NCBI GenBank assembly: GCA_951813535.1
Contig: OX638345.1
Span: 2,899,477-2,963,476 of the forward strand
DNA length: 64,000 bases
Direction: 5' to 3'
DNA from: an uncultured Dehalococcoidia bacterium
GTDB lineage: Bacteria; Chloroflexota; Dehalococcoidia; Lucifugimonadales; UBA3495
The position numbers were made by a program, and so were the translations under genes. Below, one piece after another: positions 34,980 to 44,182 of the stretch; positions within the stretch are counted from its first letter, which is position 1; every line of letters begins with the position of its first letter. Below the pieces are notes generated by a model. It saw only the letters and a program-made list of their open reading frames with translations, searched no databases and was not told the origin of the DNA.

Positions 34980-35567
34980 TCAACAGTTGTCGTACTTCTC
35001 CGTCATCATCTGCCGGATTGCGCCGGTTTCCAGGTCGTAACGCACCCGCTCGAGGCCGCGTAGGTCCTGCCCGTAGACGTGGACTTCAACGGTTGGGCGG
35101 TTGGTGAAGTTATCCATCTGGTGGATTTCGTCGACTTCGGGGATCAGCAGGCTTATTTCGCCCGGCTTGACCACGGCGGAACGGTCCCGCTCCAACCGGG
35201 CCCAATTTTCGCGCTCGCGATCGTCGACGCGGCGAAATCGGGTTTCGGTCAGGGCATTGTCCATCACGCCGATCATGCCCCAGGTACGGTGGTCGTGCGG
35301 AGCCGCGTGGTCGCCAGGACCCCACACTACGGCGGTGACCAGGAGGCCGCTTTCCGGGCTGTGGTGGAGCAACCAGGACCCGTGATTAGCGCGACCTCCG
35401 GAGCCACGGGGCAACCGGAAACGTTCGGGGATCGCGTCGGGATTCGAGATAAGGCGGGAAAGGCAGTCCGAGCCTTTATCGAAGATTTTTTCCTGGACAG
35501 GCTGGGAGATCAGAAGATCCTCCATATCCTGCACGAAATCTTCCAGCCCGTATCTGACAGCGACCAT
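34980..35567 (-). CDS. cysteine dioxygenase type I-like cupin
   Basis: 195 aa. WGPGDHAAPHDHRTWG metal-binding His cluster and later EVHVYG, a cupin pattern. Confidence 0.6.
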   Translation of the reverse strand: MVAVRYGLEDFVQDMEDLLISQPVQEKIFDKGSDCLSRLISNPDAIPERFRLPRGSGGRANHGSWLLHHSPESGLLVTAVVWGPGDHAAPHDHRTWGMIGVMDNALTETRFRRVDDRERENWARLERDRSAVVKPGEISLLIPEVDEIHQMDNFTNRPTVEVHVYGQDLRGLERVRYDLETGAIRQMMTEKYDNC

Positions 35568-35629
35568 TTCGCGTGTCCTCCCCTGCGCTAGTGGCGGCAG
35601 TGTAACCGTGTGGGGCCTTTAGTGGCAAC

Positions 35630-35638
35630 ATTCTCGCA
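35630..35638 (-). promoter_or_regulatory. extended -10 element TGcGAGAAT for the cysteine-dioxygenase-like gene
   Basis: Minus strand reads TGCGAGAAT about 63 nt upstream of ATG 35567. Confidence 0.3.
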
Positions 35639-35678
35639 ACCGCGGCGTCAGGGACACACGAGGCTCCCTGGGCTACGC

Positions 35679-35687
35679 TGCTATACT
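35679..35687 (+). promoter_or_regulatory. extended -10 element TGcTATACT for the LLM oxidoreductase gene
   Basis: TGCTATACT about 49 nt upstream of ATG 35736. Confidence 0.4.
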
Positions 35688-35735
35688 ACCGCGACCGAAT
35701 TGAATGAACGCCATTTGTCGACGGAGGGAACCCGT

Positions 35736-36785
35736 ATGGCAGAGTCCATCAAGATTTCGATGCGCGTGCCCGGCACATCGCCGATGCCGGACCTGTTGAG
35801 AATGATAGGTCAAATCGAGGATGCAGGGTTTGATGGGGCAGGGATCCTCGACAGCCAGATGATATGCCGGGATACCTTCGTGACCATGGGCATGGCAGCC
35901 AACGCCACCAGCAAGCTGCGATTGTTCCCTGCGGTAACCAACCCGTTCGGACGAATCCCGTCGGTGTTGGCCGGGGCCGCGCAGACGGTGGCGGAAATCG
36001 CCCCCGGCAGGACCAAGTTCATCATTGGAACCGGGTACACCTCAGCGACCACGATAGGAAGGCGGCCGGCTACCTTGCGCCAGATGCGCCGCTGCATCAT
36101 GGAGGTGAAAGCGCTGCTGGCGGGCGAAGCAGTGGAATACGACGGTATGACCAACCGGCTGGACTTCGCCGGCAGTGACGGCGGCCACGGGGTTCCCGTA
36201 CTGATGGCAGCATCGGGCCCACGTTCGCTGGAATTGGCCGGCGAGGTGGCCGACGGGGCGCTGGTTCTGGTCGGGTACACGCCGGGGATCGTCGGCAAGG
36301 CGCTGGAGCACCTGGAAATCGGAGCCAAACGAAGCGGCCGAACTTTGGAAGATCTCGACGTGATGTTCGCGGTGCGCACGTGCGTCTCGGATTCCACCGA
36401 AGAGGCCCGACGCCTGGCGCGCCCCGTGGCGGCGCACTGGGCGCTGTTGTGGGGCGGGCCCAACTGGCTGCCCTATTCTGGGCTGGACATCCCGGACTAC
36501 GAGGTCCCGCAGGCGGTGCGTGACGTTTATCCCGACCTGGGACACGCGCCGAATTGGGAAGAAGCAATTGAGTTGACGCAGTTCGTAGACGACGAGGTGA
36601 ACGGCCAGCTGTGCGATGCGCTGGGGTTGATCGGTACTCCGGAGTACTGTACGTCACGCATCAAGGAGATGGCGCAACACGGGGTCAATCAGCTTTACCT
36701 GATGCCGTGCCTGACCTTCGCGCCGCCCGAAGCCGAAGTGCAGGCATTCGGAAACCACGTGATCCCGGCGCTGGCCGCGGCGTGA
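35736..36785 (+). CDS. LLM-class (luciferase-like) flavin/F420-dependent oxidoreductase
   Basis: ATG 35736 has GGAGGGA 7 nt upstream. TIM-barrel LLM pattern by eye. The listed start 35610 lies in the divergent spacer. Confidence 0.7.
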   Translation: MAESIKISMRVPGTSPMPDLLRMIGQIEDAGFDGAGILDSQMICRDTFVTMGMAANATSKLRLFPAVTNPFGRIPSVLAGAAQTVAEIAPGRTKFIIGTGYTSATTIGRRPATLRQMRRCIMEVKALLAGEAVEYDGMTNRLDFAGSDGGHGVPVLMAASGPRSLELAGEVADGALVLVGYTPGIVGKALEHLEIGAKRSGRTLEDLDVMFAVRTCVSDSTEEARRLARPVAAHWALLWGGPNWLPYSGLDIPDYEVPQAVRDVYPDLGHAPNWEEAIELTQFVDDEVNGQLCDALGLIGTPEYCTSRIKEMAQHGVNQLYLMPCLTFAPPEAEVQAFGNHVIPALAAA

Positions 36786-37097
36786 ACGAACGCCGGCATC
36801 TATCGTGGTCGGCCTTCGGACCGAACGCCGGCGAGAAGGTTGCCGGGCTTGACGAATTATCGCCGGGAACGTGGGCCAACCATGCACGAATATGGAGCAG
36901 CGTGACGCGGGCCTGCTCGCACACCGCTTGACAGCCAGCCAGATACCGGGGCGAAGGGCCGTATGCCGCGCCCGCCCGGTGTCGGGAATGAGTTGTGCGG
37001 GGCAGATCGTATTTGCTAGTCTCCCGGACCGGAAGCAGGAAGAACAACCCCCACCGTCCCTGAACAGCTGGCGCCAGGGCAGGCGAGAGGCAAGCGC

Positions 37098-38543
37098 GTG
37101 ACTACGGCAGATCGGTTCCGAGACTACAGTATCGACGCGGACATCTTCGACGAGATGTTTCACGTCGACGGGCGAACCCGGGACAACTGGCAGGGGCTCC
37201 GGCGCGCGCTCACCGACATTTCCAGCGAAGAGCTGACGGCCATCCAGGAACGGGTGACGAGGTCGTTTTCCAACGAGGGCATTACCTTCACCGTGTACGG
37301 CGATGAGGAGGCCGACGAACGGATCATCCCCATCGACTGCGTGCCGCGGCTGATTGCCGAAGCGGAGTGGCGCGAGTTGGAAGCGGGCCTGACGCAGCGG
37401 CTGAGGGCGCTGAACCTGTTTTTGCAAGACGTATACGGCGAGTCGCAGGTAACCAAAGACGGTGTGATCCCTGATGAGATGGTCCTGAGCTGCCCGCAAT
37501 ACCGGTTGGAAATGCGCGGGTTTACTCCGCCGCACGGGACCTGGGTAGCGATCTGCGGCACCGACTTGGTGCGCACGAACGAAGGGTTTCGCGTATTGGA
37601 GGACAACCTGAGAGTGCCCTCAGGCGTGTCCTACATGATCGCGAACCGCAAGGCGGCAAAAACGAGCCTGCGACGACTTTACCGCGCCTCCCGGGTGCTG
37701 GAGGTGGAGCACTACGGACGCTTGCTCCTGGACACGCTCAAGGAGCTGGCCCCGACGGAACGTGGCAACCCGAGCATCGCCCTGCTCACGCCCGGCGTTT
37801 ACAACTCGGCCTTCTACGAGCACATGTTCCTGGCCCACGAACTGGGCGCGGAACTGGTGCAAGGACAGGACCTGGTGGTGAACGAGGGCTTCGTTTACAT
37901 GAAAACCACTGCCGGCCTCCGCCGCGTCGACGTGGTCTACCGACGGGTTGACGACGACTTCCTCGACCCGACGGTTTTCAGACCGGACTCGGTGCTGGGG
38001 GTTCCCGGATTGATGGACGCGTATCTGAAGGGGAACGTTGCCCTGGCGAACGCCCCGGGAACGGGCGTGGCCGACGACAAGAGCATCTACACCTACGTGC
38101 CGGACCTGATCCGATACTACCTCGGCGAAGAGCCGTCGCTTCAGAACGTCGAAACCTACCTCTGCCGGCGGCCGCAGGAACTGGAATACGTGCTGGACAA
38201 CCTGGACGAACTGGTCGTTAAGCGCGTGGGAGAATCGGGTGGCTACGGGATGTTGATCGGGCCCCACGCCACGTCACAGGAACGTTCGGAGTATGCAGAG
38301 CAGGTGCGATCAAACCCGGCGGACTTTATAGCCCAGCCCACGCTGGCGCTTTCCCGGTCCCCCTGCCTGATCGACGGCAAGTTCGAGCCCCGTCACGTTG
38401 ACCTGCGGCCGTTCATATTGCATGGACAGACCACCCGTATAGTGCCGGGCGCTTTCTGCCGTGTCGCGCTGCGGCGAGGCAGCCTCGTGGTCAACTCGAG
38501 CCAGGGAGGCGGCGGCAAGGACGTCTGGGTCCTGGAGGAGTAG
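37098..38543 (+). CDS. circularly permuted type-2 ATP-grasp protein (COG2308)
   Basis: GTG start. ITFTVYGDEE...ERIIPIDCVPRLI..., NAPGTGVADDKSIYTYVP and GESGGYGMLIGP are typical of the family. Confidence 0.8.
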   Translation: MTTADRFRDYSIDADIFDEMFHVDGRTRDNWQGLRRALTDISSEELTAIQERVTRSFSNEGITFTVYGDEEADERIIPIDCVPRLIAEAEWRELEAGLTQRLRALNLFLQDVYGESQVTKDGVIPDEMVLSCPQYRLEMRGFTPPHGTWVAICGTDLVRTNEGFRVLEDNLRVPSGVSYMIANRKAAKTSLRRLYRASRVLEVEHYGRLLLDTLKELAPTERGNPSIALLTPGVYNSAFYEHMFLAHELGAELVQGQDLVVNEGFVYMKTTAGLRRVDVVYRRVDDDFLDPTVFRPDSVLGVPGLMDAYLKGNVALANAPGTGVADDKSIYTYVPDLIRYYLGEEPSLQNVETYLCRRPQELEYVLDNLDELVVKRVGESGGYGMLIGPHATSQERSEYAEQVRSNPADFIAQPTLALSRSPCLIDGKFEPRHVDLRPFILHGQTTRIVPGAFCRVALRRGSLVVNSSQGGGGKDVWVLEE

Positions 38544-38548
38544 TCGCA

Positions 38549-39583
38549 TTGCTGGCTCGAAGCGCACAGGGACTGTACTGGATGGGCCGCTACCTGGAAC
38601 GGGCCGACCACCTGAGCCGGCTGCTCCAGCTCCAGGCCGAGGCCCTGGTCGACCGTTCGACCGGCGAAATTTACTCCGGATGGAGGCGCATATACGGCAG
38701 CCTGGACCGTGAACCGCCGGGAGGCGGGCTGGAACTGGAACCGTCGCACGACGGGGCAGCGCCACAGTTCCAGCAGACCCGAGCGCCATCGGGACAGGCG
38801 CAGACGCAGCGACGGATCAGCGACGAGTACACCCTGGCGGATTCGTTCACTCTGGCGGACGACCTCACGTTCGAGCGGGCCAATCCAAGCTCGTTGTGGA
38901 GTTGCTTCGCGTTGGGGCGGGAGAACGCGCGACAGATGCGCCATTGCATTAGCGCGGAGATGTGGCGGTCACTGAACCTGACCTACCTCAAGCTGCAGCG
39001 GATCAGGATGCTGGATATCTGGTTGGCATCGCCCGAGGGGTTCTACGCGGAAACGGCGGAAGACATCGAAACCTTCATGGGGGTGGCGTCGGCGACGATG
39101 TACCGGGACGAGGGGTGGCATTTCATGCAGTTGGGCAGGTTCCTCGAACGGTCCCAATTGGCGAGCAGCCTCCTCCTGGCACAATTGGAGGTCGACAAGG
39201 ATCCCAACGAACAAGCGGATTCGGAACACACGGAGTCAGACTGGACCACCCTGCTCCGGATCTACCATGCCCAAGAGGCGTATGCCCGCACGCACGGCGT
39301 CGAGATCAGGCCGGACCAGGTCCTGGACCTGCTGGTCACCGACCCTCTTCTCCCGGACTCGATGCAGCGCGCCGTGGATGCGGTGTCCGATGCGGTGGCG
39401 GCGGTAGGGCCGGGCCCGGACCGGGAATCGAGCGCCGCGGCCAACCGCCTGGCCGGCCGGCTCAGATCGCTGGTATCGTACGAGTGGCCGGACGCCGAAG
39501 ACAAGCCGAGGCTATTGCTGCGGATTGCAGACCTCAGCCGACAGTTGCACAGCCTCGTCAACGCCGTCTATTTCGACTACTGA
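38549..39583 (+). CDS. alpha-E domain protein (COG2307)
   Basis: N-terminal MLARSAQGLYWMGRYLERADHLSRLL is the family signature. Lies 5 nt downstream of the ATP-grasp gene. Confidence 0.8.
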   Translation: MLARSAQGLYWMGRYLERADHLSRLLQLQAEALVDRSTGEIYSGWRRIYGSLDREPPGGGLELEPSHDGAAPQFQQTRAPSGQAQTQRRISDEYTLADSFTLADDLTFERANPSSLWSCFALGRENARQMRHCISAEMWRSLNLTYLKLQRIRMLDIWLASPEGFYAETAEDIETFMGVASATMYRDEGWHFMQLGRFLERSQLASSLLLAQLEVDKDPNEQADSEHTESDWTTLLRIYHAQEAYARTHGVEIRPDQVLDLLVTDPLLPDSMQRAVDAVSDAVAAVGPGPDRESSAAANRLAGRLRSLVSYEWPDAEDKPRLLLRIADLSRQLHSLVNAVYFDY

Positions 39584-39710
39584 CCCGGGACTGTCGCTGA
39601 TAGAAGGCAACAAGGGCGAAATCCGAGCTCACCGCGGGCTCATTCGGAAGAGCGGGCAGCCGTGAAGAGCAAGAGCGCCGGGTATCCCAAATTTCTGCTC
39701 GGGGACCGTG

Positions 39711-39739
39711 CTGACACTCAGGGTGCCGAATGCTATAAT
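39711..39739 (+). promoter_or_regulatory. promoter CTGACA-N17-(TGc)TATAAT for rpsF-ssb-rpsR
   Basis: CTGACA at 39711..39716, a 17-nt spacer containing TGc at 39731..39733, then TATAAT at 39734..39739. It sits 37 nt upstream of the TTG start. Confidence 0.6.
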
Positions 39740-39775
39740 CGCCGTTGCGCTTTCACCAATGCAGGAGATTCTAAC

Positions 39776-40483
39776 TTGCGTCATTACGAAATGGTAACAA
39801 TTCTCAGCCCGATGCTGAATCAGGACGAAGCATCGGCAACATGGGACGAAATCAAGTCGTTCATCACGAATCGGGACGGCGAAATCACCGCGGAGCAAGT
39901 GTGGGGAACCCGCCGGCTGGCCTACCCCATCCGCAAGGGGAACTACAATTTCCTGGAAGGATCGTACTACCTGAGCACCTTCACGGTGGACAATTCCTTC
40001 AACCGCGAGTTGGAGAACTACCTGCGGCTGGACGAGCGGGTACTGCGGTCGCTCATCCTGAATTGCGAAGGGCCGTTGCCGGACAAGCCGCCGCCGGGAC
40101 CCCTGACCGCTCCCTCACGGTACATCCCGCCCGGACGTGGACGACGACAGGACGGTGGCGGACCGATACCGGACGCGCCGGGCGGCTTCGGCGATCGCCG
40201 GCAGGGCGGTCCTCCGCCCGCACCCGCTGCGCCGGCCGCGCCGCCGCCGAGTGCGGAGGCCCCTACGACCACAGAGGCCGCTCCGGAATCTGCCGTGCCA
40301 GCGCCCCCCAGTCCAGCAACGGAGAACGCCGGGGATGTCCCGGCCGCGCCTGAGCCGGCCGCAACTCCTGAACCGACTGCCGCAGTTCCTGAACCGACCA
40401 CGGCTCCCGAGCCGGCTGCCCCCACGGAGCCAGCGCCGGCGCCCGAGCCGCCAACCGAAACCGATGGGGACGCCCAGGCGTAA
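39776..40483 (+). CDS. rpsF: 30S ribosomal protein S6 with about 130-aa Pro/Ala/Glu-rich C-terminal extension
   Basis: TTG 39776 has AGGAG 8 nt upstream. The S6 core is (L)RHYEMVTILSP...WGTRRLAYPIRK...GSYYL, followed by a low-complexity PAPEPT-type tail. Confidence 0.85.
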   Translation: MRHYEMVTILSPMLNQDEASATWDEIKSFITNRDGEITAEQVWGTRRLAYPIRKGNYNFLEGSYYLSTFTVDNSFNRELENYLRLDERVLRSLILNCEGPLPDKPPPGPLTAPSRYIPPGRGRRQDGGGPIPDAPGGFGDRRQGGPPPAPAAPAAPPPSAEAPTTTEAAPESAVPAPPSPATENAGDVPAAPEPAATPEPTAAVPEPTTAPEPAAPTEPAPAPEPPTETDGDAQA

Positions 40484-40489
40484 CTTCCC

Positions 40490-40990
40490 GTGAACAAGAT
40501 CATCATAATCGGCAATCTTGGTCAGGATCCGGAGATGCGGTACTCGCCCTCTGGTCAACCGATGACAAGTTTCAGCATCGCGAGCAACCGTCGCTATACG
40601 ACCGCGGCGGGAGAGCAACGTGAAGAAACCGAGTGGTTTAACTGCACCGCCTTCGGTCGCCTTGCGGATACCTGCAACCAATATCTCGCGCGCGGGCGGC
40701 AGGTTTACGTGGAAGGTCGCTTGCGTTCCCGACAGTACGAACGCCGAGACGGAACCCCGGGCTTCTCTTTAGATGTCAATGTCACCGAAGTCCAGTTTCT
40801 TGGCCGGCGCGACGAGCAACCAGACGCTGGATATGGCGGATACGGCGGCCAGCAAGAACCTAGCTACGGGGGCCGAGCGGACAGCGGTGGCTACACCGAG
40901 CAGCGCGGCGGATATGACGACCGGCGTGGGGCTGGCTCCGGAGCCGGCAACGCCGGGGACCCCATGGACGTTGACGACCTCCCCTTCTAA
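40490..40990 (+). CDS. ssb: single-stranded DNA-binding protein
   Basis: GTG start. [19 protein letters not shown]-fold, a Gly-rich linker and a C-terminal DDLPF tip. Confidence 0.9.
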   Translation: MNKIIIIGNLGQDPEMRYSPSGQPMTSFSIASNRRYTTAAGEQREETEWFNCTAFGRLADTCNQYLARGRQVYVEGRLRSRQYERRDGTPGFSLDVNVTEVQFLGRRDEQPDAGYGGYGGQQEPSYGGRADSGGYTEQRGGYDDRRGAGSGAGNAGDPMDVDDLPF

Positions 40991-41034
40991 AACTGCGATA
41001 TCCAAACTCCCCAACACCGGAGGAGCCTCCACCA

Positions 41035-41478
41035 ATGACTACGCCACAATCCGCACCTTCATCTCCACCCCCAGGGCCGGCGCCGGCTGCGCCAACTGGC
41101 GGTCCACCTCCCGGCGGGCCGGGAGGGCGGCCCGGCGGTGGACCTCCCGGCGGACCAGGCGGACGACCGGGTGGGCCAGGGGGACGACCTCCGGGACGGG
41201 GTGGACCGCGCGGCGGAGGCCGCGGCGGGCGACGCTACGGACCCCGTCGGAGGGTGTGCGCCTTCACGGTTGAGGGAGTGACGCCCGACTATAAGGATGT
41301 TGACCGTCTGCGGCGGTACATCTCCGAGCAGGGCAAGATCGAACCCACGCGCAAGACCGGCACCTCGGCGAAGAACCAGCGGCTCCTGGCGCAGGCGATC
41401 AAGCGAGCCCGATACCTCGCTCTGCTGCCGTACGCTCCCGAACACAGCATCAACGTCGGCATGCGTTCCGGTCGTTAA
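41035..41478 (+). CDS. rpsR: 30S ribosomal protein S18 with about 70-aa Gly/Pro/Arg-rich N-terminal extension
   Basis: S18 core is [49 protein letters not shown], preceded by [13 protein letters not shown]-type repeats. GGAGGAG lies 8 nt upstream of the ATG. Confidence 0.85.
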   Translation: MTTPQSAPSSPPPGPAPAAPTGGPPPGGPGGRPGGGPPGGPGGRPGGPGGRPPGRGGPRGGGRGGRRYGPRRRVCAFTVEGVTPDYKDVDRLRRYISEQGKIEPTRKTGTSAKNQRLLAQAIKRARYLALLPYAPEHSINVGMRSGR

Positions 41479-41492
41479 CCGGCCCAGCCCAG

Positions 41493-42686
41493 ATGCTGAA
41501 CCTTTCGCTGCCCTGGAAACGCAGCGCCGCTGAGGCAGACGAACCACCGGAACAGCCCGTCAGGCGGCGTCCCGTAAGGAACGCGGCCGGCCGCAGTCGC
41601 CGGCTGGGAACGAACAACCCCGGCGCGCCGCAAGCTACGCGCACCCGCCGCGTGTTGGAATCGCGCCGGCAACGGATTGCGATCGTCGTCGGAGCTGCGT
41701 TGATACTGGTGATCGTCGGTGTGGTTCTGGCCGGCGTGTATCAACAATTCATCCTGCCGCCGCGAGTGATGGCCGGAGACGTTAGGGGCGTGCGTTTCAC
41801 CATGGGCGACCTGGTGGAACGGATACGCGTCCTGCAGGGGATCAATCGCTACCAGGGCGGCCAGGTGGATTTCAGCCGGATCCCGTTCCAGTTACTGACC
41901 GACCTGCTGCACGCCGAAATTTTGAGGCAAGCGGCGCCAGGTCTCGGCATTGACGTTACCGATACCCAGATTGACGAGGCGATCAAGAGCCAATTCCGAC
42001 CCGAGCCCGAGCCGGGGCAGGAAGTAACCGACGCGCAGTTGGACGCGGAATTCGACAACATCTACAAGAACTTCCTCACCCAGGTCAACCTGACGGACGA
42101 TGCCTACCGCCGAATCATGCAAGAGCGGCTGCACCAGAGCACGTTGTTCGGCATCATGTTGGGGTCACTGCCGGAGGAAGCGCCGCAGATAGAACTGCAA
42201 GCTATCGCGCTCAGCCTCAACTCCACCGCCTCCCCGGAAGGAGTGCGCGAGCGGTTGGTCCTGGGGCAGGATTTCGGATCGGTGTCACGGGAAATCGCCG
42301 GCAACGACGGATACATCGGGTGGGTGCCCGAAGGTGCGTTTCCGGAATTCGACAGCTACCTGTTTGGCGAAACCGAAATTGCCGACGATGGGACCGAAAC
42401 GCGCAAACCCGCCTCGCTGGAGCCGGGGGAGATATCTACCCCCATATACCAGGACGAAACGATCTTCATCATCCAATCTATCGACGGGCCGGAAACGCGC
42501 AAGGTCGAGCCGCAGATGCTTTTCCAGATGGCTAGCGCCCGGGTTGAGGAATGGAAGGACGACCAGTTGGCGCGGGGCTCTGACGAAGGCTGGGTGAAGA
42601 TCAACTTTGACAGCAACCGCTACGCGTGGGTGACCGACCAGGTCCGACTGACTGCGCCGCGGGTCACGCCCCAACCTCAGCAGTAG
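41493..42686 (+). CDS. membrane-anchored SurA-N/PpiD-like chaperone-domain protein
   Basis: Basic N-terminus, one TM (IAIVVGAALILVIVGVVLAGV), then a SurA N-terminal-like region. Family call is tentative. Confidence 0.5.
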   Translation: MLNLSLPWKRSAAEADEPPEQPVRRRPVRNAAGRSRRLGTNNPGAPQATRTRRVLESRRQRIAIVVGAALILVIVGVVLAGVYQQFILPPRVMAGDVRGVRFTMGDLVERIRVLQGINRYQGGQVDFSRIPFQLLTDLLHAEILRQAAPGLGIDVTDTQIDEAIKSQFRPEPEPGQEVTDAQLDAEFDNIYKNFLTQVNLTDDAYRRIMQERLHQSTLFGIMLGSLPEEAPQIELQAIALSLNSTASPEGVRERLVLGQDFGSVSREIAGNDGYIGWVPEGAFPEFDSYLFGETEIADDGTETRKPASLEPGEISTPIYQDETIFIIQSIDGPETRKVEPQMLFQMASARVEEWKDDQLARGSDEGWVKINFDSNRYAWVTDQVRLTAPRVTPQPQQ

Positions 42687-42780
42687 GTTTCTCCAAGACC
42701 CTTATCCATCCACGCGACCGGTTCACGAACCCTGTAGCATTTAACGCCCTTCTGAACGAGCCAGACCGCAGTATTACGAG

Positions 42781-44100
42781 ATGCCCGGCGCAACGGAAGC
42801 AATCAACATCGGCCTGATGGGCCTGGGAACCGTTGGGGGCGGTGTTGCTGCGGCCCTATCGGGCAACGCTGATGAGATCCGGCGGAAGACCGGGCGCACC
42901 GTTCGATTGCGAAGAGCCCTGGTGCGTGATGCGTCGAAAACGCGCGAACCGTCGCCCCCTCCGGGAGTCCTGACCACCAATCCGGAAGATATCCTCGCCG
43001 ACCCTGACATCCACGTCGTGGTCGAGGTGATGGGCGGCGACACTCCGGCCGGCGAATATCTGGAACGGGCCCTGGCCGGCGGCAAGCACGTAGTCACCGC
43101 CAACAAAGAGGTGATGGCCAGGCGTGGCGCATCCCTTTTGGCCTTGGCCCAATCCCGAGGCGTCAGTCTCCTGTTCGAGGCATCAGCCGGCGGTGGGATC
43201 CCCATCGTCGGCTGCTTGATGTCACAGTTGCTGGCCAACGACATCCGGTCGATCCGGTCCATCATCAACGGCACCACCAACTACATCCTCACGAGGATGG
43301 CGCGTAGCCAGACCCCATTCGCCGACGCGCTGGCTGAAGCCCAGAGCCGGGGATACGCCGAAGCCGATCCCACCAACGACATCGAAGGCATCGATGCCGC
43401 GTACAAACTCTCGGTCCTGGGAAGCCTGGCGTTTCACCGGTCAATACCCCACGGATCGATCCACACCGAAGGGATCAGTCGCCTGGGCCCCGAAGATTTC
43501 CGTTACGCCGCCGAGTTGGGCTACGCCATAAAGTCGTTGGCGATCGCGGCAGCCCAGCCGGACGGGACGGTCCAGGCGCGAGTGCATCCTGCCCTCGTAC
43601 CTGAGGACCACCTGCTGGCCAAAGTGGACGGCGTGTATAATGCCGTGGAGGTGACCGGTGACCTGTGTGGTCAGATCATCCTGCACGGGCAGGGAGCCGG
43701 ACGCGACGCCACAACCAGTGCGGTGATGGGCGACATCCTGAACGTGGTGAGGTTCATCGACAGCGCCGGCGCGCCACCGCTGCTCCCGGTTTCGAACGGC
43801 CACACACAAGAAGCTGGGGACGCGATCCGACCCATCGACGAGCTTTCCAGCGCGTACTACCTGCGACTGACGTGCGCCGATCAAGCCGGCGTATTGGCGC
43901 AGATAGCGCGGCTGCTGGGCGACGGCAACATCTCCATCGCCACCGTGATTCAGAAAGACACCGACCCCGGCAGCGGCACCGCCCAATTGGTTATCACCAC
44001 GTATCCCTCCCGGGAAGCCGACGTCCAGACCGCACTGGCGGCGGTGGCAGAGTTGGGTGTGGTGGTGAGCGTCGACAACCTGATCCGTATCGAGCAGTAA
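42781..44100 (+). CDS. hom: homoserine dehydrogenase
   Basis: NIGLMGLGTVGGGV NAD fold, a central catalytic domain and a C-terminal ACT domain pattern. Confidence 0.9.
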   Translation: MPGATEAINIGLMGLGTVGGGVAAALSGNADEIRRKTGRTVRLRRALVRDASKTREPSPPPGVLTTNPEDILADPDIHVVVEVMGGDTPAGEYLERALAGGKHVVTANKEVMARRGASLLALAQSRGVSLLFEASAGGGIPIVGCLMSQLLANDIRSIRSIINGTTNYILTRMARSQTPFADALAEAQSRGYAEADPTNDIEGIDAAYKLSVLGSLAFHRSIPHGSIHTEGISRLGPEDFRYAAELGYAIKSLAIAAAQPDGTVQARVHPALVPEDHLLAKVDGVYNAVEVTGDLCGQIILHGQGAGRDATTSAVMGDILNVVRFIDSAGAPPLLPVSNGHTQEAGDAIRPIDELSSAYYLRLTCADQAGVLAQIARLLGDGNISIATVIQKDTDPGSGTAQLVITTYPSREADVQTALAAVAELGVVVSVDNLIRIEQ

Positions 44101-44182
44101 AGCAACCGTAGCGAACCGCCCGACGCATCGATTGTAGTTAGCAGGTAAAACCATGGCACCAGCCACCCAAACCCGGTAGAAA

